Below, in pieces: positions 21,098 to 30,419 of a DNA stretch of 64,000 bases. The stretch covers positions 960,001 through 1,024,000 of the forward strand of contig OZ244034.1 in the NCBI GenBank assembly GCA_965215185.1, written 5' to 3'. Made by a program: the position numbers and the translations under genes. How positions within the stretch are numbered: position 1 is the stretch's first letter; each line of letters starts with the position of its first letter. This DNA comes from Acidimicrobiia bacterium (GTDB taxonomy: Bacteria; Actinomycetota; Acidimicrobiia; Spongiisociales; ZC4RG35). The notes beneath the pieces were generated by a model that saw only the letters and a list, made by a program, of their open reading frames with translations, made no database searches and had not been told where the DNA came from.

Positions 21098-21178
21098 TCA
21101 AATTGATGCTTTTATGATTTGGAAATCGCTTTTCGGGGGTGGGGGTTATTTGAGCTTTTTGGTGGGGGGTTTTCTAGT
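21098..21178 (-). mobile_element. 3' tip and right end of a second C-type IS110, truncated by IS481
   Basis: LENPPPKSSNNPHPRKAISKS* followed by AAGCATC end. Confidence 0.7.
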
Positions 21179-22109
21179 TGTCCTTCCCATGGACGTGGTT
21201 GACAGAATGCTTGGATGAGTGAGGGCCTCCTGGTTTGATTCGTGGGATAAGCAACAGTCCTCGAATCAAAAGGAGGCCCTCGTGAGAACCAACTGTAGAA
21301 AGTTGACACCGTTCGGGCGTAGGTTGTTGGTGGATCGGATCCTCGAGTTGGGTTGGCCGGCGGCTCGGGCCGCTGAATCGGTGGGAGTGTCTCGGCAGAC
21401 TGCCTATCGGTGGATGAGACGCTGGCGGGAGGAAGGAGAGGCCGGACTGGAGGATCGCTCCAGCAGGCCTCACCACAGTCCCAATCGGGTCTCTTCTGAG
21501 ATGGAAAAGCGGATCGTTTCGGATCGGATCACAGAGAAGGAAGGCCCCCATCTGATGGCCGGACGGCTGGGTGTACCGCGGTCGACCATCTACGGGGTGC
21601 TCGCCCGCCGGGGACTGTCCCGCCTCTCCGACTTGGACCGGACCACCGGCACACCGATCCGCTATGTGCGAGACTGCCCAGGTGAACTGGTCCACGTGGA
21701 CATCAAGAAACTGGGCAAAATACCTGATGGAGGCGGGTGGCGGGTCCTGGGCCGGTCTCGGGCTAATCCCCGTCAAAAGGTCGGATATGAGTATGTGCAC
21801 TCCATGGTCGATGACCACACCCCAATGGCCTACTCAGAAGCCCTCGACTCCCAGGACGGCCCAACCTGCGCCGGGTTCATGCTCCGCGCCGCCCACTGGT
21901 TCGCCACCTACGGGTATCGCATAGACCGAGTAATGACCGACAACGCCATGGCCTACCGCCGAAGCCGACCCTTCGCCGATGCCCTCGCCCAGATCGGCGC
22001 CGCTCACAAACTGATCCGACCCTACCGACCCCAAACCAACGGGAAAGTGGAACGCTTCCACCAAACCCTCCTCGGAGGATGGGCCTACAAACAACCCTAT
22101 ACCACCAAC
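21179..22109 (+). mobile_element. IS481-family element, 3'-truncated (transposase from GTG 21282)
   Basis: TGT terminus, LTPFGR, HVDIKKLG, TDN, PQTNGKVERF; hairpin over the RBS; cut at YTTN by an IS110 left end. Confidence 0.88.
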
Positions 22110-22150
22110 CACTCATACTTGTAGGTGGAGTTCCCCCGTTATTAAGGACA
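22110..22150 (+). mobile_element. IS110 A-type left-end footprint followed by an IS3-like terminal repeat
   Basis: CACTCATACTTGTA identical to A and B left ends; TGGAGTTCCCCCG resembles the end at 45337. Confidence 0.65.
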
Positions 22151-22262
22151 TCTATTCTGTGATCGTGAGGGGTGGTGTTGGTCTCTCGGGAAGGAGGTTT
22201 GAATGCCTGCTCCCTGCCAAGCCCAGAGATTGAACAGATTCTTTCGTGACTCGGTTGGGATA

Positions 22263-22440
22263 TCATTTGCCTAAGTAGCGGCTCCATTGTTCCATTATTT
22301 CGCGGCGTCGTTCCAGGAGGTCGGTTCGGGCGTTGGCCTTTTCTACCGCTTTTAGGATTTCGTGACCGAGGGCCTGTTCCGCCACTTCGCGGCTGATCCC
22401 TGTTTCACGACACCAATCCCGAAACGAGCTTACGCATGTG
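22263..22440 (-). pseudogene. C-terminal fragment of a tyrosine integrase
   Basis: SSFRDWC..EQALGH..EKANARTDLLE (catalytic Tyr replaced by Asn). Confidence 0.8.
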
Positions 22441-24065
22441 GCGGGCACCTCGTGGACGGACGGTTGATGTCCGATCTCACCGGGGGGAAGGTAGCGAGAG
22501 CCTTTTCGCTGTCAAGCGTTCCCCGACAATCCAGTTGGGCAACCCCGGCTACTACCGGCAAGACGAGAAGTTGCTGGTTTGGGATTTGAAAGGAGTGTGC
22601 CCTGGCTGACGAACCGCGGGTCGAGGAACGGCGGAATGGCCCGGCGGATCTAGGGAGGCAAAGGGGAAACGACACCGGAGAAGCCCACACACATCCTCTG
22701 CGGGGGGATAGGCGAAGTTGCCTACACAGGCGTATTCGTCAGAGAGAAGGTCCAGATTTTCTACCTCTACGGAGACAACTGCCTGATCTTCTGCGCAGCG
22801 ATAGCGCCCCGCAACTAGCCGACAGCCAACAACACCTACTCCATGTACCCGCCTGAATCGCGCCGGGTTTCAGTTTGTCCCAATCGGTGCCATGGAAAGG
22901 GTTTGCCCCTTCAGATGTGTAGGTAGCGGTTCCAGTGTTCCATTAGTTGGCGGCGTTGTTCTAGCAGGTCGGTTCGGGCGTAGGCTTTTTCTACAGCGTT
23001 TCGGATTTCGTGTCCGAGGGCCCGTTCGGCGACTTCCCGGTTTACGCCTGTTTCTCCGCACCAGTCTCGAAACGAGCTTCTCATCCCGTGTGGCACACAA
23101 CCCACCTGGTTCTCCTTGCAAAGTTTGCTCATAGTGGCATTGCTCATTGTCCGTCCGGTGGGGGATGGGAAGATCAAACCAGTGCTGGTTGATGTTTGGC
23201 GTGCGGTGAAGAGAACCTTTAGTGCCCCGGTGCTGAGCGGAACCCGGTGTTTTGTCCGGTTTTGGTGTGTTCTGGGGGGATTGTCCAGGTTGCTGTGGCA
23301 AGGTTAATCTCGTCCCATGTGGCGTTTCTGACCTCCCCGCTACGGGTGGCGGTGAGGGTGAGGAATGTGAAAGCGGCGATGGTAGCCCAGTGAGCGTCGG
23401 TGGTTTCGACAGTCCGTATTGCCGTGGCGACTTGGCTGTGGTGGAGGGCTTTCATGTGTTGGGGTCGTTGGGTGTTGGAGCCCAGGGCGGCGGTGATACG
23501 GTCGTCGGCTGGGTTGTTCTCTCGGAACCCCTGGGCGATGCACCATTTCATGACCGCGGCGATCCGTTGTTTGACGCGGCGGGCCGTTTCGGGTGTTGTG
23601 TGCCATATGGGGGTGAGGCAGGCCATGACATTGGCTGTGGTGATTTGGTCCACCCGTTTTTTCCCAAGGTGAGGATAGGCGTAGGTGTGGAGGGTTGACC
23701 GCCAGTGTTCTTCGGACCTGCCGCCAGGTTTCCATTTGGCGGCGTGAAGCTGGATTACTTGTTCGGTGGCCTGGCGAAAGGTGGGTGCTTTGCGGGGGCG
23801 GGGGTTGCGGCCTTCTGCGATGGCTTGGCGGTTTCGGAGAGCCCGCCGGCGGGCTTCGGCGAGGGTGACTGCTGGGTAGCTACCCAGGCCCAGGTTGGTG
23901 TATCTGCCGTTGATCTGGTTTCGTTGTGCCCAGGTTTTGGAGAGTCGCCCCTGGATTTTGGTTGGTTTGACCAACAGAGAAAGTCCATGGCCGCCTCGGC
24001 CGTCGCCATAGCGTCCGGGTTGGGTCACTGTTCTAACGAAAGATGCTGTGAGTGTTGGTGAGCTC

Positions 24066-25094
24066 CTATGTCAAAATCGGGGTTGGTTTTGGTGGTTGGA
24101 GGTGGGTCCAGATGCGGTCTGAGATTCGGCGTTTGAGGACGCGTATGGCGTCTCTGTGGGTCTTTCCTCGGGTGATGAGTTTCTGGTAGTAGCGGCGGCC
24201 TTCGCTGTCTGCGCGGGCGATCTGGGTCAAAGCGGCGGTGTGGATGGCCCGGTTTAGTTGGCGGTTCCCACCCCGGTTGAGTCGATGGCGTACTACTCGT
24301 CCGCTGCTGGCTTCGATGGGTGCGGTGCCGTTGGCCATGGCGAACTTGTCTTTGGTCGCATAGCGGTGTGGGTTGCCCACCTCCGAAAGGATGGTGGCAG
24401 CGACCAGTACACCCACCCCGTGAATGTCTAGTAGACGGGTTTCGGATTGGTCGACCAGTGTTTTGATCTCGGCGGTGAGTTGTTTGATCTCGGTGTCCAG
24501 TTGTCGCAGTCTTCGGATGCGTTGTTTGGCTACCCGCCCGTGGGGGGTGGTGTCCCGCCAACACAGTTTCATGGCCTGGTCGAGGGCTTTTCGGGTGGTG
24601 AGCCGGGGAATGTTCTGGTGGTAGCCTGGTCGGAGTTTCCCCAGGTCGGCGTGGAGCCGGTTGGCCTGGGCGGTGCGGTCTTCTACCAGTTCACGGCGGT
24701 ATGAGACCAGCACACGGAGGTCTTCGGTGTCCTCCCAAAACGTCGGCGGGGCGAGCGTGTTGTCTCGGAGAGCGACCCTGGCGATCACCCAAGCGTCGAC
24801 CTGGTCGGTTTTGGTCTGGGTACGGCCCCGGCGCCGGACCTGGGCGGTCAGCTGCGGTGGAACCTCCCGGATGTCCAGACCAGCGGCCATAGCGGCGACC
24901 GCGGCTGGGCGGCCGAACGTGCCGGACCCCTCGACCGCTACCCTGGCGGCGTTGGTGGTGTGAGCCCAATCTATGAGTTGACGGTGACCAGTAGGGGTGT
25001 TAGCGATGGTCCGGTACTCCAGGGCGGTGCCCAGGTGGTCTACCAAACAGGCAGAAAGGGTATCCTTGTGCGAGTCGATCCCGATAACGAACAT
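24066..25094 (-). CDS. IS110 family recombinase, intact
   Basis: GIDSHK, VEG, KTDQVDA, ASSG, HRLNRGGNRQLN. Confidence 0.93.
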   Translation of the reverse strand: MFVIGIDSHKDTLSACLVDHLGTALEYRTIANTPTGHRQLIDWAHTTNAARVAVEGSGTFGRPAAVAAMAAGLDIREVPPQLTAQVRRRGRTQTKTDQVDAWVIARVALRDNTLAPPTFWEDTEDLRVLVSYRRELVEDRTAQANRLHADLGKLRPGYHQNIPRLTTRKALDQAMKLCWRDTTPHGRVAKQRIRRLRQLDTEIKQLTAEIKTLVDQSETRLLDIHGVGVLVAATILSEVGNPHRYATKDKFAMANGTAPIEASSGRVVRHRLNRGGNRQLNRAIHTAALTQIARADSEGRRYYQKLITRGKTHRDAIRVLKRRISDRIWTHLQPPKPTPILT

Positions 25095-25119
25095 GGTTCA
25101 ATCCTCCAATTTCGGGGGT

Positions 25120-25305
25120 TTGCGGGAGCGGCAGAAGGCTCGGCGAAGCGCATCCATGCGTCGAAACAACACCCCCACAGGGGGCAGATACAAGTCACGC
25201 TCCTATCAAGCGACAACACCGAGCGGGCAACCGGTGGGGAGACACTCACTAACTAAGCCACCACAATGGGGCAGGGTCGTTTGGAGTCATCCCCACCGGC
25301 ACTGC
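25120..25305 (-). ncRNA. Putative bridge RNA of IS110 element D (ends approximate)
   Basis: CCGGTGGGGA/TCCCCACCGG stem encloses guides AAACGACC and TTAGTG; donor guides ATAGGAGC and ACGCATG. Confidence 0.8.
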
Positions 25306-25511
25306 CACACCCCAACATATAACACGCATGGTCGTTTCACCCCTGCTTCTCCCTGTCCGCCAATCCAGAGAAGGTCCGGTACCGCCGACTATTTCTAGTG
25401 TGGGTTACTTCGATAGTTATCAACATTGCAATGCGATTAGGTGCAACCCCGTGAGACTGTCTGGAACTACCTAGGACACCAATACCCTGTTGACCTGGGC
25501 AAATATGAACC

Positions 25512-25544
25512 ATATGGGACACTATGCGCCTATATGGGACACTA
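25512..25544. repeat. Direct repeat ATATGGGACACTA x2, candidate integrase arm sites
   Basis: 13-bp repeat with 20-bp period upstream of the integrase. Confidence 0.55.
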
Positions 25545-25805
25545 AACCCGCGGACGTCACCTCCACTGCACCCTCACCCGCCTGGAAACACCGTAGAAAA
25601 GCAGTGACAGCCTTCCCCTGACAGGACGGTGACTGTTTGGCGGTCTGCGACGAATGTGCCAGGCGGAATGTCTGAGTGCGGTAGAATACGTAATGTGCAG
25701 ATCGGAGTCCGAATTGCCTGTTTGGAGCAGAACAACCATGAACACCGCGCTCGGGGGGATTGGACCCGGCGGTCTGCCGTACCGTTCATCCTATCCCGGG
25801 AGAAG

Positions 25806-25826
25806 TGTGGGACGGATTGTGGGACG
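25806..25826. repeat. Direct repeat TGTGGGACG x2, candidate integrase arm sites
   Basis: Adjacent to the tRNA fragment; the motif recurs at 28792. Confidence 0.55.
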
Positions 25827-25866
25827 AATGGGCGAATTTGGCCATCTACCTGGTTAAAGACGGGGT

Positions 25867-25908
25867 CTCATAGTCCGTTGGTTGCAGGTTCGAGTCCTGC
25901 CGGGCCCA
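25867..25908 (+). other. 3' half of tRNA-Ile2/Met (CAT), att-site remnant
   Basis: CTCATA anticodon loop, GCAGG-TTCGAGT-CCTGC T arm, CGGGCCC-A acceptor strand; no matching 5' half. Confidence 0.8.
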
Positions 25909-26084
25909 CACCGTTCCACCTCGTTCCGTGGGGTTTCACGCATTGCTAAACGCCCAGGTCAGAGGCCCCATTTGCATTCACAGTGGCACTGACATCCCCC
26001 GCATATGGCGTTGCTGAATTCCCAAGTTGTTTCTGGTAGTTTCATCTCATTGTGGGGCAGCATGGAACAGAATAGGGGGCAGAA

Positions 26085-26238
26085 ATGCCGAAAATGACAG
26101 CAGTGGGTGTCCGCTCAGCCAAACCAGGTTCACATAGTGACGGCAACGGACTCATTCTGAGAGTCTCGCCTACCGGAGCAAAACGATGGATGTGGAGAGG
26201 GACAATCCAAGGAAAACGACGAGACTTGGGCCTCGGGT
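26085..26238 (+). pseudogene. N-terminal arm-domain fragment of a P4-like integrase
   Basis: MPKMTAVGVRSAKPGSHSDGNGLILRV..GKRRDLGLG, then truncated. Confidence 0.8.
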
Positions 26239-26370
26239 TGTCAGCCCGTTGGCGACATTGGATGGGATGGCCGGGCGCGGAGTGGGGGTGGGTGGCTGTT
26301 CGCTGTCTAGTTAGTTTTCGTCGTTGTTGAAGTTGTTGGGTTGACGTAGGTTGTGCGCGATTAGCAGAGC
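26239..26370 (-). mobile_element. Possible 3' remnant of an IS1182/IS5-like element
   Basis: LLIAHNLR motif followed by a GCCAACGGGCTGACA terminus. Confidence 0.4.
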
Positions 26371-26374
26371 GAGC

Positions 26375-26935
26375 AGTCTTGCCCCCTATCCCGGTGGCGT
26401 GAAACACAAGCACTTCGTAACCGCCGCTTTCCACCACTCCGCGGGTCCTTTTCGATGCACTCCGTCGTGTTGCCGAACATGGACGCGGTAACCAGGGGAC
26501 GCTCCTCGCCTGCCGGCGGCTGGTCCAGCTTGATCATGCCGGCGATTGCCCCGCCGCGTTGGAGAATATGGCGCGACTGATGGTGTTGATCCCGCCGACG
26601 TCGACGATGGACGGGACGAACACGATGTCCCTGGTGCCCGCGTAGGTGCTGACATCGCCGCCCGCCACCGTGGAAACCACCACCTTGGGCGCATCAACGG
26701 GCAGAACGCGCATTCCCGTCGTGGCAATGGAGGTACCGCCGGTGCCGCCCATCCCGATGATTCCGCCGAGCTTTCCCTCGTCGTGCAGCCGACGGACCGT
26801 TAGGCCATTTGCCATGGTCTGCATGGCCTCCTCTTTGTGGTCGCCAGAAGCGAAGTAGGAGATGTCGCCCCCTGCCGCCGCTGCGACCTCCTCTCTGGTG
26901 ACATCGGGCTCGAAATCGGGCGCGCCCATCGTCCT
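26375..26935 (-). pseudogene. UPF0261/Tm-1-like ATP-binding protein fragment
   Basis: GGTGGT, PKVVVST, DVGGIN, SMFGNTT, VFHATG motifs across frameshifts. Confidence 0.82.
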
Positions 26936-27169
26936 GAAGTATGCGGGTCAACTGCATATCATCTCCAGCCAGCCCGAGAGCAGCGTCCCCGCCAGTCAGG
27001 GATGAGACATACGCGTCCAGAATGCGAGACTGGGCTGGGTCACGCCGCCGTCCCACCCTCGTAAACTGATTAGTGTTCATTCCGTCGGTGGCCCTTTGGA
27101 CGCCTTTTCTCGAACATCGTTGACGGCAAGTCAAATATTCGAATACGCACACGAACTGAGAAAGTCGAC

Positions 27170-28021
27170 ATGCAACACAAACCGCTAAACGGAAAAGTCG
27201 CAATCGTTACCGGCGCCGGCAGCCCCATCGGCATGGGCCGCGCCATGACGTTTGCCCTGGTGCAGGCCGGGGCACGCGTCGCGATGCTGGACATCAACGA
27301 AGAGTGGCTGGAGCAGTCCGCAGGCGAGGTCCGAGCGGCCGGTGGGGACGAATGTGTCCTGGACTTGGTCTGCGATATCTCAGACCCCGAAAGCGTGGAG
27401 GACGCTGTCCGCAAGACGATAGCCGGGCTCGGTGGGCTCCACGTGCTGATCAACAACGCTGGAACGACCAACCTTGCGGACCTCGCCGGCGGCAATCTTC
27501 CCAAGTTCTGGGACATCGCTCCCGAGACATGGAGCAGGATCATCGCTGTCAATTCCAGCGGATCGTTCTTCATGGCCCGGGCGGCAGTGGGCCACATGCT
27601 CGACCAGGGATGGGGTCGGATAATAGGCGTCACGACCAGCGTCGACAGCATGTACCGGCCGGGCCTGTGCCCCTACGGTCCATCCAAGGCAAGCCACGAG
27701 GCGCTCGTCGCTCTCATGTCCCGTGAATTGGAGGGGACCGGAGTAACCGGCAACGTACTCGTCCCCGGCGGCCAGACCGACACCCACATCATTCCCGATG
27801 ACATCGCGGTGGGGCGGGCGATCCTCATGCGGCCGGAAGTGATGAACGGGCCCGCGGTGTGGCTCGCGTCCGAGGAGTCGGACGGGACCAACGGCATGCG
27901 CCTGATTGCCCACTACTGGGACGACAGCTTGCCCATAGAACAGCGGCTCGAAAAGGCCGCCGCGCCTGCCGCCTGGCCGCAACTTGGCAAGCAGGCTATA
28001 TTCGGGGGAGACGACTTGTGA
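27170..28021 (+). CDS. SDR family oxidoreductase
   Basis: TGAGSPIGMG, NNAG, YGPSK. Confidence 0.9.
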   Translation: MQHKPLNGKVAIVTGAGSPIGMGRAMTFALVQAGARVAMLDINEEWLEQSAGEVRAAGGDECVLDLVCDISDPESVEDAVRKTIAGLGGLHVLINNAGTTNLADLAGGNLPKFWDIAPETWSRIIAVNSSGSFFMARAAVGHMLDQGWGRIIGVTTSVDSMYRPGLCPYGPSKASHEALVALMSRELEGTGVTGNVLVPGGQTDTHIIPDDIAVGRAILMRPEVMNGPAVWLASEESDGTNGMRLIAHYWDDSLPIEQRLEKAAAPAAWPQLGKQAIFGGDDL

Positions 28022-28198
28022 ATCGGTCGATCGCGAATACCGACGAAGCATTTTGACCCGCCCCCTTGTCGCCCCCATCCGCATATTCACGGCGCATTCT
28101 CACAACCTGCGCGGCGAGTGCCTGTAAGCTAACCATTGAAGCGAACATACGGTAACCCCGCGTTGGCCGCGGCACATAGGCGTACGAGGAGGCCAAAC

Positions 28199-28594
28199 TT
28201 GGCAACGAAGACTGATCTCAAGGTCCCGAAGGTGGTCCGCGGCACCCGGCCGCCAAGCGACACGGCACAGACTCCCGGCCTGGTCCGCCGTCCCGCAATC
28301 GACGGGTCATCGGTAGGCGCCAGCAAGATCTGGTTCGGCACCGTCACCTCAGAGCCCAATCACAAGGGTCCGCCCCACATGCACGGTGAGGCCGAGACCG
28401 CCGCGTACGTCATTTCCGGCCACGTCCGCGTCCACTATGGCGAGGACTTCAAGGAATGGGTAGAGGCCGGACCAGGCGACTATCTATTCGTGCCTGCCCA
28501 CATGTGGCACATCGAGGAAAATCCCTACGACGTACCGTCGGAACAGTTCCTGGCCCGCGGACCGGACAACATAGTTATAAACATGGAAGAGTAG
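28199..28594 (+). CDS. Cupin domain protein
   Basis: HMHGEAE and GDYLFVPAHMWHIE; TTG start after GGAGG. Confidence 0.88.
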   Translation: MATKTDLKVPKVVRGTRPPSDTAQTPGLVRRPAIDGSSVGASKIWFGTVTSEPNHKGPPHMHGEAETAAYVISGHVRVHYGEDFKEWVEAGPGDYLFVPAHMWHIEENPYDVPSEQFLARGPDNIVINMEE

Positions 28595-28817
28595 GGCCTC
28601 CGTCCTGCCGCGGTCCCATCTCTTTCGGGAGCCCCGGCACCACTCTCTCCTGTTTCCCACCGTTTCCTGATGTTTCAGGAAGTACCAAAAGTGCAGGTAG
28701 ATCACCGTTTTGCTCGGTCGTGTGAGCAGTAGGGGGCCAGCCCTGCTCCCGTTTCTCGACGTTTCAAGCTGTTCCTAGTCATCTCGTTTTCTGTGGGACG
28801 GAATTGGAGGGTGAGGG

Positions 28818-29010
28818 ATGCCGAAACTGACTGCTGCGGGTGTGCGCTCCGCCAATCCAGGATCACACCGCGACGGAAACGGACCTCATTCTGAGGGCCT
28901 TTCCCACGGGAGCAAACGGTGGGCATGGAGAGGAACCGTACGAGGAAGACGACGGGATTTTGGCCTTTGCTCTTATCCGACGGTTTCGCTCAATGGGGCC
29001 AGAACGAAGG
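28818..29010 (+). pseudogene. N-terminal arm-domain fragment of a P4-like integrase
   Basis: MPKLTAAGVRSANPGSHRDGNG..GRRRDFGL.SYPTVSL..AR. Confidence 0.8.
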
Positions 29011-29175
29011 CGTCGCCCCCCTGCTGCTCGGCGTCGATGCGGGAGAACTTCCGAAACAGGTGGGCAGTCTCTCCGTTGGGATGCCTCCGCCGTCGTCGGA
29101 GACGAAGACCGCCATGTGCAACTCCTGCCGTATGGCGTTCACCCGGATGGTGGACGACTCAGGCGAGTGCCTGGT
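29011..29175 (-). pseudogene. HATPase_c (sensor kinase) fragment
   Basis: VFVSDDGGGIP..(frameshift)HLFRKFSRID. Confidence 0.6.
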
Positions 29176-29405
29176 CGTAGTCGCGACCGAGTTTGAGGGT
29201 CGGTCAGACCAAGGTCCTCAGAGCAATGGGTGCTACTATACGGTACCTATCCCATAAGGGTCTTTGCGAAAGAAGCCTTGATCCTCGGGAACTCTGGATA
29301 CCGTATCGACGGGTTCTGATGGCTCTCGGGTCTAGGACCAACTCGCCCGGCGAAGACGGCGACCGTTCACGAGAGTCCTGCGCTCTGCATTGAGGAGAGA
29401 CACCG

Positions 29406-30236
29406 GTGCCATACAGTTTTGAACCAGGCCAGATGTACAGGATGCCGACCCACTTCGGCCCGAGCTTAGGTCCCCGGCAGGGGGTAGATGGAAACCGGTA
29501 CACGAACACAAGCAGTCCCAACAAGACGATGTATTCGGTCAGATTTCGTACTGCGGCTGAAGCGTTGAACAAGTTACTTCCGCCCAGATTTGAACTCGAT
29601 GGTGAGCCGGTCGTCACCGTAACGGCGAGCTACATCACTAGCATTGAGTGGCTGGCGGGGCGCGGATACAACACGCTTGGGGTCACTTGTCCAGTTGTTT
29701 TTCGTGGTGAACGGACTAATACCTCGGGTTCTTTCCTCATGGTATTGTGGGAGAACTTAACCGACCCGATTATCACCGGCCGCGAGGAACTGGGATACCC
29801 GAAGATCTACGGGGAACTTCCTGAGCCGCGTCATTTGAACGGTACGATACTTTGTAGCGCGGGTTGGCTCGGACACCAGTTCATGTCGATGACGGTTCGT
29901 GAGCAAACCAAGTTGGGCAACGACGAGATGGCCGACTTAGCCATGGACCAACAGGGTACTCTTCTCTACAAGTACATGCCTCGGACCCACGACTGGGGGG
30001 AACATGATGTCGAGTACGTCACGTTTACGCCTCCTCCCGACCTGAGTCCCTATCTCAAAGAAGCCTGGACCGGGGAAGGGTCTGTGTCTTTTAATAAGTC
30101 GACGTGGGAGGACCTCCCGACGTTGTTCAACATTGTCAACGCGCTGGCGTCCTTGCCGATTCTTGAGACGCGATCCTCAAGAACTCTGATAACGGTTGGA
30201 GGCGCCGATTACAGTTCTCAACAGATCTTGGAATAG
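29406..30236 (+). CDS. Acetoacetate decarboxylase family protein
   Basis: GREELGYPK Schiff-base Lys motif. Confidence 0.85.
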   Translation: MPYSFEPGQMYRMPTHFGPSLGPRQGVDGNRYTNTSSPNKTMYSVRFRTAAEALNKLLPPRFELDGEPVVTVTASYITSIEWLAGRGYNTLGVTCPVVFRGERTNTSGSFLMVLWENLTDPIITGREELGYPKIYGELPEPRHLNGTILCSAGWLGHQFMSMTVREQTKLGNDEMADLAMDQQGTLLYKYMPRTHDWGEHDVEYVTFTPPPDLSPYLKEAWTGEGSVSFNKSTWEDLPTLFNIVNALASLPILETRSSRTLITVGGADYSSQQILE

Positions 30237-30302
30237 CCGCTACCAGTTGCGGAACTGACACACCTTCAAACCCCGAGGCTCTCAGGGCTTGCTCGGCGCT
30301 TG

Positions 30303-30410
30303 TCTCAAAACGGTACTTCGCTCGACAACTCTGCCGACCCCTCGAAAACCCACCACCAACCACCCCAGAATCCGATTTGCAAGACATAGAAGCACAACCA
30401 TAGGAGCATC
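30303..30410 (+). mobile_element. C-type IS110 3' remnant whose right end sits inside an A-type right end
   Basis: KRYFARQLCRPLENPP; ATAGAAGCAC|AACCATAGGAGCATC. Confidence 0.72.
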
Positions 30411-30419
30411 GATGAGCCA

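Larger units (their letters stand above)
24059..25330 (-). mobile_element. IS110 element D, complete, CA core at both ends
   Basis: Precise removal restores the integrase reading frame; TTGACA in the right end. Confidence 0.9.
22911..25340 (-). pseudogene. P4-like integrase interrupted at codon 4 by IS110 D and frameshifted near 23250
   Basis: VKRP|PTLTASFVRTVTQPGRYGDG; TATRSGE, HGMR, LGH and AY motifs spread across two frames. Confidence 0.85.

Noticed and set aside
25830-25910. Complete tRNA gene
   Set aside because: No 5' acceptor strand complementary to CGGGCCC and no D arm; only the 3' half is tRNA-like
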